From: Octopus sinensis
Taxonomy: Eukaryota
Direction: 5' to 3'
Assembly (NCBI RefSeq): GCF_006345805.1
Contig: NC_043001.1
Coordinates: 112,344,001 to 112,408,000, forward strand
DNA length: 64,000 nucleotides
The translations under genes were made by a program, and so were the position numbers. The notes under the pieces are model-generated. The model ran no database searches, was not told where the DNA came from, and was given only the letters and a program-made list of their open reading frames with translations. Shown piece by piece: positions 26,794 through 39,420 of the stretch (within the stretch, counting starts at the first letter, position 1; the number at the start of each line of letters is the position of its first letter).

Positions 26794-28245
26794 TCACGCA
26801 AAAATAATTTCACAGTGAACGTAACAAACCTGATTCTTTAAATCATAGCCACATTCCATTCAGCAGATTTCTGCACGTTTTCCATTTCATCTACACAATT
26901 TCAATTGTAAAATTAGTAATAGAAATAACAAAAGAAGCAAAGATTTTCTCCGGTTCTATGATAAAGACATTTAACCAATGTAGCATTCACTAGGATCTTA
27001 CCTTTAATCTTGTGATTAAGAAGCAACATTGTTAACCACTCGGTTATGGCGCGCAGATTAATGTGCTTAAACTACATCTTCCATGTATTGCAGATTAAAT
27101 GTGTTTAAACCAGATCTTACAAGTACTATCTGATTTTCCTTTTTTTTTTTTGCTTTGTTTTTAAGAAATAGAAATTACAATTATTGTGATCAACCCCTAG
27201 CGATCATTTATATCAAATAAAGCAGAGACTATAGAAAAATCATGAACCAAGAATCAGCATCAGTCTGTCACTTCTATAGTAAAACTCAAATATTTATATA
27301 ATGTACGATGGCTTCTTATGTAGGCGCTGAGCCTTTTAGGTTCCTCTCAATATATGCGGTTGGAAAGTAGGAAGATATTCTCGGGTCAGAGAACTAGGCT
27401 AAACACTTGCACTAGAATGGACTCTTCTAAAGGTACTCAAAGATCTGCTGATAATGTTAAACCATAGAGCGATTTATATCTGCCACTTCAAAACCGGAAT
27501 TCATGAGGCTTGGTTCGATCTGGCGTAATGTTTGAAAATACTTGCGCAAGATTGTACATTGTGTGGTCAGACACAGGGCCAATTGATTTTCAAACAAATT
27601 TCTTTACTCCACCATCATACAGGTTATGAAACATTTTTCATGGATGGCAGTAAATTGTCTGGGGCACGATATTGAACTGCATTCAGTGATGAAGATCCAG
27701 TTTGAATGTTCATGTATTTTGAGGAATATGGCGTTACCCTTTAGTTACCTGATTTGGGCCGAGGTGACTGTACTTGTCATGGACCCCAATAACATGTCAG
27801 AAGCAGATGATATCGTGGTTAAGCTACACGGAGCTCGCAGGAGGGCTGGTTCCTAGACATCTGACATATACCCCACAAAAAGTGTAAATATATTGAGAAG
27901 TCACATAAACAGTTTCTCCCTGTCAAATGGAAGTGTGCCTCGAAGGGAAGCTCGGGAGAATAGGAGACCAGCAGAGTAAATACTAACTAGATTAGCAGAA
28001 AACAAAAAGGAAGCATTGTTGTATCTTTCCCAAGAAAATTAAACTGGACCTTCAGAATTTAGCATAAGGTCCATAACTACCAACATCTGCCATAATGGCT
28101 TATCAACGGAAGTTAATATTCAGTCGTATCTAAACATAACAAATTTCTACAAAGCATTTCAGTTAAGTTCACTTTTATACATTTTACAACACAGCTCCGT
28201 TATTGTTTCTGGTAATTCATTACAAATGTGATTATTACTATGTTT

Positions 28246-28454
28246 AAGGCGGCGAGCTGGTGGAATCATTATCACGCCGGGCGAAATGTTTAGTGGAGTT
28301 TCGTCCGTCTTCATGTTCTGAGTTCAAATTCCATTGAGGTCAGCTTAGCCTTTCAACTTTCGGGGTCGATGAAATATCTTTTACGCTCTGGGTTCCATAT
28401 AATCGACTAGCACCCTCCCTAAAAATTTCAGACCTTGTGCCTAGAGTAGAAAGG

Positions 28455-28455
<1 letters not shown>
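28246..28455 (+). mobile_element. SINE family B
   Basis: Same consensus, followed by (ATT)n. Confidence 0.85.
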
Positions 28456-28521
<66 letters not shown>

Positions 28522-28840
28522 TTGTTGCGGTAAAAATACTGGATAACTGAATCAGCAGAATCGTCAATCAGCAGCAGAATCGTAAATCGTAAATCATACG
28601 CTCTGCGGGCGTATGGTGTTTTTATGAATGGCGGTGCCCCAGCATGGCCAAAGCTCGTGAGCTGAAACTAGATAAAATAAAATAAAATAAAATAAAATAA
28701 AATAAAATAAAATAAAAGTATATTCAGATTTATCTCTCTAAGCTCTGAGTTCAATTCCTGCAGAGGTCGATATTGGGTTTTACCCTTTCGAAGCAGATAC
28801 CTTAATGTAGCAGTCAATCGGCTAGTAGTAGTAATAGTAG

Positions 28841-29225
28841 TGGAGGCGCAATGGCCCAGTGGTTAGGGCAGCGGACTCGCGGTCATAGGATCGCGGTTTC
28901 GATTCCCAGACCGGGCGTTGTAAGTGTTTATTGAGCGAAAACACCTAAAATCTCCACGAATCTCCGGCAGGGGATGGTGGTGATCCCTGCTGTATTCTTT
29001 CACCACAACTTTCTCTCACTCTTACTTCCTGTTTCTGTTGTACCTGTATTTCAAAGGGCCGGCCTTGTCACTCTCTGTGTCACGCTGAATATCCCCGAGA
29101 ACTACGTTAAGGGTACACGTGTCTGTGGAGTGCTCAGCCACTTACACGTTAATTTCACGAGCAGGCTGTTCCGTTGATTCGGATCAACCGGAACCCTCGT
29201 CGTCGTAACCGACGGAGTGCTTCCA
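28841..29225 (+). mobile_element. SINE family C
   Basis: Full-length copy in a (TAG)n context. Confidence 0.92.
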
Positions 29226-29921
29226 TCCAGTAGTAATAATAACTGCGCTGTTGGTAATAGTAGTAACTGCGACAAAAGCAATTGCTGGAGCATCAAAAAT
29301 GTGCCAGTAGCGGAATGATTGGACGCTTTTGTTTTTGTTGAGCAAAAGAAAAAAAAAAGATAACTTGTACTCGCTACGAAACTGTGACTAACATTACGAC
29401 CGAGGCCAGTTGGACAGTTTGACGTTATTAAGAAAGCAGATAGGGCAATTAATGACATTAACCGTTCAACATGGCGTCTAAATGAATCTAATTTCACAGT
29501 TAATTGTGCCATTTATGCAAAAACGGCCATTTTGCTATTTTGTTTTCTTGCTCTTTTTCGCCTAGTTTTTTCACTTGTCATTCCTATTCTACCCGTCTTT
29601 CTCTCTTTCCTTCATTTTTTTCCCTTTCGTTTCTATTTTTATCCTTTCTTTTCTATTTTCTTTCCTATCTTGTACATAATGTTTCTGTTTTCTTTATTCG
29701 TTATATTTATTCATTTGTTTCGCTCTTTTAGACTGTCGCTAATTTTCCAGACATTTTTTTTTTTTCTAATTCTATTTCTTCCACACGATTATAGCATTCT
29801 CTCCTTGTTATATTTCTCATATTTTATCAATGCATCCATAACTCCCTTTCCTCTTTCTTTCCCTTTCACTTTGCAATCTTACCTTATATTCTGTGCTTCT
29901 TTCTCAATATATATAGGAGTG

Positions 29922-30134
29922 AAGGCGGCCAGCTGAAAGATACGTTCGCACGCCGGGCGAAATGCTTAGCGGTATTTCGTTTATCTTTACGTTTTGAGTT
30001 CAAATACCGCCGAGGTCGACTTTGCTTTCATACTCTTGGGGTCGATAAAATAAGTACCACTTGCGTACTGGGGTCGATCTAATCGACTAGCCCCCTTCCC
30101 CAAAATTTCGGGCTTTGTGCCGAGAGTAGAAAAG
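29922..30134 (+). mobile_element. SINE family B with perfect 16-bp TSD, inserted at the 5' end of a SINE-A
   Basis: AATATATATAGGAGTG at 29906-29921 and 30135-30150. Confidence 0.92.
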
Positions 30135-30329
30135 AATATATATAGGAGTGGCTGTGTGGTAAGTGACTTGCTTACCAGCCACATGGTTCCCGGTTCAGTC
30201 CCACTATGCGGCACCTTGGACAAGTACTATAGTCTCGGGCCAACCAAAATCTTGTGAGTGCATTTGGTAGATGGAAACTGAAAGAAGCCCGTCGCATATG
30301 TGTTTATATATATTTACATACATACATAC

Positions 30330-30362
<33 letters not shown>

Positions 30363-30363
30363 T

Positions 30364-30398
<35 letters not shown>

Positions 30399-30399
<1 letters not shown>

Positions 30400-30540
30400 A
30401 AACAAGGTGGAAAAAAGAGTACTCAAATACCAGTGGTAGAGTAATATGCTTTATTTAAAGCAGCAGAAAATTCAACAAAACCTGTTACTCTGAGTTTCCC
30501 GTTGCCGTTCATCGGACAGTTTTTGCTAGAATGGAACTGA
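30399..30540 (-). mobile_element. ~140-bp insert with a minimal hammerhead motif, inside the microsatellite of a SINE
   Basis: Flanked by (TG)n/(TA)n and separates the SINE-A head (30144-30300) from its tail (30590-30790). Confidence 0.6.
30476..30525 (-). ncRNA. Minimal type-I hammerhead ribozyme-like fold (CCGAUGA core)
   Basis: CAAAAACTGT-CCGATGA-A-CG(GCAA)CG-G-GAAA-CTC(A)GAG-TA-ACAGGTTTTG. Stem I pairs 9/10, stem III is palindromic, and the cleavage triplet is GUA. Confidence 0.6.
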
Positions 30541-30989
30541 TATGTGTGTGTGTATATATATATATATACACACACACACATCTATGTGTATATTTGTGTG
30601 CCTTAGTTTGTCCTCCATCCCACAAAACAAAAGCTGCGCTTTACAACCGATGATGATGTGTCTACGTCCCCGTAAATTAGCTGTTTGGCGTAAAAGACCA
30701 ATAGAATAAGTAACTAGCTTACAAAGAATAAGTCCTGGGGTCAATTTTCTTGACTACAGAACCCCGCAAATAAATGAATAAAAGAGTAAAGGAAGAAGTG
30801 GCTGTGTGGTAAGTAGATTGCTTACCAGCCACATGGTTCCGGGTTCAGTCCCACTGCGTGGAATCTTGGGCAAGTGTCTTCTACTATAGCCTCGGGCCAA
30901 CCAAAGCCTTGTGAGTGGATTTTGCAGACAGAAACTGAAAGAAGGCCGTCGTATATATATATATTTCGGGCTTTGTGCCGAGAGTAGAA

Positions 30990-31027
<38 letters not shown>

Positions 31028-31254
31028 ACATGCCACTACGCGGCACCTTGGACAAGTGCTTCTACTATAGTATTGGATATATATATATCCAAGTGTGGGT
31101 GGGTGTGGGGGTGGGTGTGTCTGTGTTTGTCTCCCACCATCACTTGACAGCCGATGCTGGTGTGTTTACATCCACGTCACTAAGCGGTTCGGCAAAAGAG
31201 ACCGATAAAATAAGTACTAGGTGCTGCATTACTATGATTATTATCATTCAGTAG

Positions 31255-31555
31255 TCTTATTTTTATCACGTGCTTTCACTTCACTACCGCGCGCAGCTCT
31301 GTGTGTCTTGGGTATGTGCTGTGATTTGTTGTGATGCTCTTACAGTTACTGTATAAAAATTGTTTACGTAGGATGTGTGCGTCGCCTATTAGTACTATTT
31401 TCTGTATGTAATATATATTTGTTTGTCCGGGTGGTTTTGGTATGTATTTGAATTTTTTTATCGTAGCTAATGTGCCTATTATGATAGGAATTGTTTCTGT
31501 TTTTAGACTCCACATTCGAGTTACCTCTATTTCCAGGTCTTTGTATTTTGAATTT
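31255..31555 (-). mobile_element. Short R4/Dong-like RLE 3' fragment flanked by TAA repeats
   Basis: SKYKDLEIEVTRMWSLKTETIPIIIGTL...IQKIVLIGDAHILRK, homologous to 17525-18180. Confidence 0.8.
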
Positions 31556-31723
31556 ATTATTATTACTATTATATTATTGTTTTTACCCCTTCCATTCTTC
31601 AAATTCAAGTGTTCATACATATTATCTTATTTTTATCATTGAGGTCTATTTTTATTATTGATCTAACTGGTCTATAGTATGAAGCTGCTACTCTTAATTA
31701 TTATTATTATTATTATTATTATT

Positions 31724-32277
31724 GAGTGAGAGAGCAGTTCATGCCATCAAAGTGACACTGGGGTAAAATATACGAAGCCCAATATACCCATCAGGAATAC
31801 CCGTCTGATAAGGGTACACCAGGCACATGCATCACAACCATATGTGCGCGACATGGTGATCTCATATCAAGATAAACAGCGCATGACCTTACAGGTGGGG
31901 CCCAGTTAGAATTTTCTTGAGGTTAAGTAGCCCATCCCGCTCAAAAGGTCCCTGAATAAGGGTTGTTTAAGGATGTTGAAAGAACCACCCATGTTTCCAG
32001 AGGTAAATTATTCAAACCCCAAAGAATCCCTCTCAATACATGGCTATGAGGCTCCCCCACTACTTCTGCTCGTGATCAGAGATGCACATATTGTCAGCCA
32101 CTAAGGGACATGCTCAACTGGTTAAGGTCAAACAACTGACAAGCAAATCTGTGGTATTGAGCAGAATATTTGCTGTAGCCCATCTTTTATACCAAGACAA
32201 AACAATGTACATGATAACACTTCCAATCAATTAAGATCAGAAGCCATGAGAGCCACTGTCTGGTACTGCATCAGGGC

Positions 32278-32280
<3 letters not shown>
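31724..32280 (-). mobile_element. ~557-bp non-coding interspersed element embedded in (TAA)n
   Basis: Complex sequence with (ATT)n on both sides. Its minus-strand 3' end (tgatggcatgaactgctctctcactc-AAT) matches 59783-59812. Orientation is inferred from that match. Confidence 0.6.
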
Positions 32281-32347
<67 letters not shown>

Positions 32348-32399
32348 GTTATTGTTATTGTTATTATTATTGTTATTGTTATTGTTGTTGTTGTTGTTG

Positions 32400-32431
<32 letters not shown>

Positions 32432-32899
32432 TTATTTGACTCTCGTACATTCAAAGCTTCTTTGGGGGTTCTGTTTTCAAAACACACTTTATCCAAGCAT
32501 TAACAACTGAACATTTTTAGTTCTTGTAAAAATAACTCTAGATGCTTAAGGCAAGTCTGCCATTGATAACTGGGGATAGGCATAAAAATACAAAGCGGTT
32601 TGATTCACGCAGTTTTAAACGCTTGTTTCGACACGTTACATTTTCACATCCAAAATAGCTACCACATACAAAATGACTAGCATATCTAACATGGCTACCA
32701 CATCCAACATGCATCGTCCAATGACGTGGAATTGAGGGCTTGTTTGGACGAATTCTTTGAGTCAAGACGGGAAATTCCTAACGCCGAGGCATCGAAAATC
32801 TTATTGAACGATAGGAAGAAGTCGTAAACATCAACGTATAGTATATTATTGATTAATAGGTCGTATTTTTTTTGTTTAAAATAATTTTTTAAAATAAAC

Positions 32900-33316
32900 G
32901 CGCAGGAGTAGATGTGTGGTAAGTAGCTTGTTTACTAACCACATGGTTCCGGGTTCAGTCCCACTGCGTGGCACCTTGGGCAAGTGTCTTCTACTATAGC
33001 CTCGTGCCAACCAAAGCCTGGTGAGTGGAGTTGGTTGACGGAAACTGAAAGAAGCCCGTCGTGTATATGTATATATATATATATATACATGTATGTGTTT
33101 GTGTGTCTGTGTTTGTCCCCGTAGCATTGCTTGACAACCGATGCTGGTGCGTTTATGTCCCCGTTACTTAGCGGTTCGGCAAAAGAGACCGATAGAATAA
33201 GTACTGGGCTTACAAAAGAATAAGTCCCGGGGTCGAGTTGCTCGATTAAAGGCGGTGCTCCAGCATGGCCGCAGTCAAATGACTGAAAGAAGTAAAAGAG
33301 TAAAAGAGTAAAGAGT
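32900..33316 (+). mobile_element. SINE family A
   Basis: Full-length copy. Confidence 0.9.
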
Positions 33317-33384
33317 ATGAATTAGTCCTCAACCCAATTTATAAGGACTTGGGGCTAAGTCAGGTAAGGTGCCTAGGTAGGGGG

Positions 33385-33715
33385 CATACGTTGTGGCAGC
33401 GCATTGTTATTTGTCGGTATAATCTCGGGTACTCCCAGGTGATAAGTCGAGCAAGGTCCCAGTCAGTTACCATCTTCGCGAGATGCCTTCTTATCTACAG
33501 TGACCCTGTGGCATGTGCTTGACCAACACAAACCGCCAACCCAGCCAGATCATCTGTTAAAAGAACAGGGTAACCAGGGTCTACCTCGGAAAATCGAGCA
33601 ACGTGGCCAAACAGTGCAAGCTGGCGCTCCCGAATCATACCACAAACAGGACGCATCCCAGTTTCTGATAGAATCGATGGTTGGATACTAAATCCGACCA
33701 ATGGTAACGAATTAT
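33385..33715 (-). mobile_element. RTE-clade LINE 3' fragment
   Basis: ETGMRPVCGMIRERQLALFGHVARFSEVDP resembles the RTE ORF C-terminus (QLRLFGHVAR). Confidence 0.65.
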
Positions 33716-33876
33716 CTAGCGAAGAGTCCTAATTCCAAAAGAGTTGACTTAGAGTTAGACATCAGAAGAATGTGGCACCTATTGCTATTAGGACACTTGG
33801 AATAATATCTAAAGGGAGAAACAACATTACATTTTGCTTGTATTCACACAAATTTTGTATTTGTACTTCCTTACTA

Positions 33877-33907
<31 letters not shown>

Positions 33908-34439
33908 CTAAGTATGCTTGAATTTCATTCTCCATAACTCCTTCTTTCCCTCTACCATTAAAAAATTTTCCTTTGATTTGTTTTTTATTCTGTTTTTTTT
34001 CATTCGTTCCATCACAAATTCACTCACATTTACCTACACATATCTTTCATTTAACCTTTCATCCCTTGATATTTTCTCTATTTGTATTCTACTGTCTTCA
34101 TTTTTTTTTTTCAATTTTATCTACATAGCATTCTTTACGTCACTTGCCCCCTTTTAAATATTTACTCGACCCTTAGTTTCATGTTGCAAATCCCTTATCC
34201 TTTATATTACCCTTACGACTTTGATGGCTGTCATTCATTTCAAAATATAATGCTACTAGAGTAAATGGTAAGTACCTAACCTTAGAATATAAATCCTGGG
34301 GTCGATTTGTTCGGCTAAACCTTCCGAGATGGTACCCCAGTATGGGGAACCATTACTAACATCTTTGCTATTTTCATCCCTTCCCCTTCTTCCGGTGTTT
34401 TCTTTCAACCTCCTATTTTAATTTCTTTAATGTATTCTT

Positions 34440-34815
34440 TTATTGTTTTAATCATTGGACAACAGCCATGCTGGACACCCTTTTGAAAGGCTTAGTTAAA
34501 CAAAATGACCCATGTACTTATCTTTTAAAGCTAGGCACTTATTCTATCGGTCGTCATTGCCGAACCACTAGAATACGAGCTGCACATATTGTCAAGCAAT
34601 GGTGTAGGAACAAAGACGATGGCACACACACTCACACTGAAACACACACAAACATATACGACGGGCTTCGACGCAGTTTCCATCAACTAAATTCCTTCGT
34701 AAGTCTTTGGTCGGATCAGTGCTACAGAAGAATACACTTATCCAAAGTACCATGCAATGAGACTGAAACCTAAGCCACGTGGTTGCAAAGTGAATTTCTT
34801 AACCACACAGCCATG
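34440..34815 (-). mobile_element. Older SINE-A-related copy
   Basis: Diverged match (catgctgga, ttattctatcggtc, tatacgacgggctt). Confidence 0.65.
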
Positions 34816-35124
34816 TCATATGCTATGGTGATTTCTCATTCTTCCTTCCATTCTTTCGATATCCTCTTTGATTATCTCATTTGTTTATTCCTTTGTGACT
34901 CCAGATTTTTCTTTCATCAACTAGCATTACTCCGTCGGTAATAAACGAATCCTTTCATTCTTTATAAATAATTTCCGCCATTCCTTCGACCTTTCCTTCA
35001 CATATTTCCATATCGTTAGTTTCTTTAACATTTTAATTACTTTCAATTCCATTTAAATCATTTATCAATTCCTGTTATCTCTTACTCTTTGCTTAGTTAT
35101 TCTTTATTTGTTATTCTTTAATCA

Positions 35125-35517
35125 TTACTCTTTTACTCTTTTACTTGTTTCAGTCATTTGAGCAAATCGACCCCGGGACTTATTCTTTGTAAGCCCAGTA
35201 CCTATTCTATCGGTCTCTTTTGCCGAACCGCTAAGTGACGGGGACGTAAACACACCAGCATCGGTTGTCAAGAAATGCTAGGGGGATAAACACACACACA
35301 CACAAACACACAAACATACAAGCACATATATATATATACATATATACATATATACGACAGGCTTCTGTCAGTTTCCGTCTACCAAATCCACTCACAAGGC
35401 ATTGGTCGGCCCGGGGCTATAGCAGAAGACATTTGCCCAAGATGCCACGCAGTGGGGCTGAACCCAGAACCATGTGGTTGGTTAGCAAGCAACTTACCAC
35501 ACAGCCACTCCTGTGCC
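35125..35517 (-). mobile_element. SINE family A
   Basis: Reverse-complement copy with a small internal deletion. Confidence 0.9.
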
Positions 35518-36664
35518 TTTACGTTTCGTCATTCATTAATAACATTTTCTATTCTTTCCTTATAACCTCCTTTATTTACATTCTTTTCTTTATAAATCAT
35601 TCTTTCATTAATTTTCAATTAACTAATTAATTAATTACTTATGATTTTTCATTTTCATTTAACCATACACTTATTTTAATCATTCCTTCGCATTTTTACA
35701 TTTTAGTCTTTCCTTTCATTCTATCATTCTTCACGTATTTGATATATTTATATCATTCCACTTGCTTCTACTGTCAAGTGAGCTTTTATTTTATTTTTAC
35801 TTTCATTCTTCCATTCTTCTCTTCATTTTTTTCTATCCTTTTTATAATAGATTTTCTCTTTTTATAGATATATTTATACTCAAATTCTTCATCTGATGTT
35901 TTCTTATTTCATTCACTCATTAGCTCATTTATTGCTTTTCGTCCATTTTTCTCGTAATTTTTACTATCATAAATTTTCTTTCGTTTTATGTATTTGCGTA
36001 GCTAATGTTGTTTGTGTGGTTGTTGCAACCCTCACCGCCGCATCCCATTTTATTCATTCCATGTCACACCGCGCCTGTTCACCCCCACCACTCCCTATCC
36101 CCACGCCACACCTTAAATATCCTTATACGTGTTTTGTTCGTCTGCCTTCTTGGTTTTCACGGCAGGAACTAGAACCGATTAAGCCACAATTGCGTTATCT
36201 TCTCCCTTGTCAAAACCCAGAGGCAGTTATACAATTATATAAGTGTGACGTTGATTGGCCGAGAGATGTGACCTGTACCATGTGATTTCCTCTCACTGTC
36301 GATGTCAATTTGCTTAAATAAATAGCTAAACATCAAGAAGGAAAAAATATGAAAATTTCAATATTTTTCCAGTAGTGCATAGCAAACATTAAAACAGGAA
36401 GCTTCTGCCAAGCGAGATGAGGTTCTTGTGCCAGTATCGATTTCTAGTTGAAGTCGTTGCATTTCAATACATTGCAAAAGTAACTAGAAAAGACAGGAAT
36501 ATTAAAATTTTTCATGAAGTTCTGATGTTCTTGTTATTCTTGTTATCTAGCCCTAGGTCAACTCCAATCAAACATATTTGTGATGAGAGGCATTTTTTTA
36601 CATGAGCAACTGCTTTTCGTCACGTAAAGTGTATATTGGTTTATATAATATTTATTATCGAATA

Positions 36665-36824
36665 TGCTGTGGCTCAGTGGTAAGAAGCTTGCTTCCAAAC
36701 CAAATGGTTCCAGGTTCAGCTCCACTAACTGGCACCTTGGGCAGGTGTCTTCTACTATAAAATCGGCCCAAACAAAACGTTCTGAGTGTATTTAGTAGAT
36801 GGTAACTAAAAGAAGCATGTCGTA

Positions 36825-36855
<31 letters not shown>

Positions 36856-37055
36856 TTGTTTGTTGCTCACCACCACTTGAGAACCGAAGCGTGAGTGTAC
36901 GCCCCTGTAACCTAGTGGTACAGCAAAAGAGCCCAATAAAATAAAAATGTACCAGGCTATAAAAAGTAAGTACGGAGGTCATTATATTCGATTAAAAAAT
37001 TCTCCAAGCCGATGCCCCAGCATGGCCACAGTCCACTGAATGAAACAAGTAAAAT
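36665..37055 (+). mobile_element. Older SINE-A-related copy
   Basis: Diverged head, central domain and tail. Confidence 0.7.
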
Positions 37056-37847
37056 ATAAAAAATATCCATCATATTTTTTTTGTTTGTAACTAATGAAAA
37101 GAAGCTTGGTTGTGATTTAAAAGTGGTCTGAGGTTTGAGAAAAGGGCAATACTCATGCGTTTTACAGGTTCTTTAAGCTGTGAGGTTGTTACGGATGTTA
37201 TTCACATTTGGAGTAGAGAATCATGGAAAAACATGACTCTGAGAGAATTCCAGAGCGTTATTGTTCGAGGGAGGAATTAATTTTCACTGCGAATAAAGAA
37301 CAGGAAAAATGGGGACAGGGTTGGAAAATGTGGAGGTGGCATGCAATTAGGTATTTCCGGGAGGCAGAGGCCGTTTTTGTAGTGGTAAAATAAGCGGAGA
37401 GAAAACAAAAATAGGACAAAATATCTTGTTGCATTTCGTTACGTCACACATTAGTCTGAGTTCAAAATTTTATATAGGTATACCTAAAGCCTACTTCAAG
37501 CAGAGGTACACTGCACAGTTGCCCAGGATCGCCATGGGTCCAGAGAACCGATACAGATCTGTGTATGCTTTACCTTGGTGCCAACAAATAAATACTATGG
37601 GGCACAGTATATTTATTTTCCCGAGAACTTACAATGTCGTTAAAACGGCTTTGAGCACACCGCGTTTTTCATCCTTTCGGAGTAAATAAAATAATAAAAT
37701 AAACCCTGCCGATAAAATTTCGGCTCAGTAACCTTTGTTACACAGTCAGACAAAAAGCTAATGAGCTGAACCTTCGAAGTCACAATTACCTTTGTCCTTG
37801 CAAAAATAATCTATCAATCAATCTCCCCCTCTCTCTCCCTCTATCCC

Positions 37848-37912
<65 letters not shown>

Positions 37913-38092
37913 ATTGTGTATGGGGAGAATCATTCTCTTTTAGTACCTTATTTAACAATTTAACATACCGGTTCGATTTCCACTCATTTACTTTTTTTAT
38001 TTTTTCCAAAATTTTCGTTGCGTCTCGCAACCTTTTCAAAAGTCGTTGACTCCGTCCGTTGTCAGAGCTGCGTTCTTTTTGTTTGTTTGTTT

Positions 38093-38129
<37 letters not shown>

Positions 38130-38155
38130 TATATATATATATATATATATATGTT

Positions 38156-38192
<37 letters not shown>

Positions 38193-38199
38193 ATATATT

Positions 38200-38300
38200 A
38201 TACGTAGAAGGTAGTCATACCCCAATACCCACAGTTTATATATACTCAGTTGTTAGTAAGCTGATATGCAGACGTATATGTAAGTGTGTGTGTGTATGTG
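38200..38300 (+). mobile_element. Solo ~100-bp 3' terminus of the same PLE family, inverted relative to 38797-38902
   Basis: atacgtagaaggtagtcataccccaatacccacagtttatatatactcag...ctgatatgcagacgtatatg is the reverse complement of 38797-38902. Confidence 0.8.
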
Positions 38301-38413
38301 TATATATATATACATATATATACATATATACATATATATACATATATATACATATATATTATATATATATATATATATATAATATATATATATTATATAT
38401 ATATACATATACG

Positions 38414-38522
38414 TGGAGGCGCAATGGCCCAGTGGTTAGGGCAGCGGACTCGCGGTCGTAGGATCGCGTTGTGAGTGTTTATTGAGCGAAAACTCCTAAA
38501 GCTCCACGAGGCTCCGGCATGG
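38414..38522 (+). mobile_element. SINE family C 5' fragment
   Basis: tggaggcgcaatggcccagtgg... with an internal deletion. Confidence 0.8.
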
Positions 38523-38796
38523 GGGGGGGTGAGGCAACATCTGATAGCTTGGTCGGTCACGGTGATCACGGTGATATATACATATATATATATATATTAT
38601 ATATATATATATATATACATACATATATATATATATAATATATATATACATACATATATATATATAATATATAATATATAATATATATATATATTATATA
38701 TATATATATACATATACATTATATATACCATTTACCTATATATATATATATATGTATCCATTTACCAATATATATAATATATATGTATATATATAT

Positions 38797-39420
38797 ACAC
38801 ATACACACACACATACATATACGTCTGCATATCAGCCTACTAACAACTCTAGCTGAGTATATATAAACTGTGGGTATTGGGGCATGACTACCTTCTACGT
38901 ATATTTCCTATTTAGTATTGGGGATTGTTTCATTATGAGGACGTACTCCTGTATTTGTCTGAGTGTTGGGTCCTTGGATAAAATGTGGATATCTAGTTGA
39001 CCCAGTGTGCCTCCATGTTGAACTTTGGCATGTTGCTAGGGTATGGAATGCTTTTTTTTTGTCGTCATATTTTCTCAAATGTGTCATTTAATCTCTCCGC
39101 AATGCTTCTAGATGTTTCACCTATCTATATTATGTTTTTTATCTTTACAAGCTCCCTCCATGCACCTTATGCTGTAGACTACATTTCTAGTTTTACAGTT
39201 AATACCAGGTTTAATCTTACATACCATGCAGTTATCATTGGTCCCTGTAGTATTCCCAAAGGTGTACGTCCTTCATAGTTGTGATCTGATGGAGCATCCT
39301 GGCTTTTCAACGATCTTAATGTTCAGTTTGGCTTCCTTCAGTGCTTTAGTATCAACTCATATGTTTGGACTAGCTTTTGATTAACGCTTTTGCTCGGCAG
39401 TTTGAAAACAAACAGTCAAC
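38797..39420 (-). mobile_element. 3' fragment of the same Penelope-like family (GIY-YIG and 3' terminus) ending in (TA)n
   Basis: The reverse complement matches 62040-62480 (accaatgataactgcatggtatgta..., acccaacactcagacaaatac.ggagtacgtcct). Confidence 0.85.

Larger units (their letters stand above)
30144..30790 (+). mobile_element. SINE family A, interrupted by the 30399-30540 insert
   Basis: Head 30144-30300, diverged tail 30590-30790. Confidence 0.75.

Noticed and set aside
27620-27680. FFMDGSK, resembling the RNase H YTDGS motif
   Set aside because: The frame stops shortly after, and the downstream AEL/D motifs are not found.
28841-28915. tRNA-like sequences at SINE heads (also near 7031, 40306 and 52788)
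   Set aside because: They have A/B-box-like motifs but no proper cloverleaf and continue into multi-copy SINE bodies, so they are not tRNA genes.
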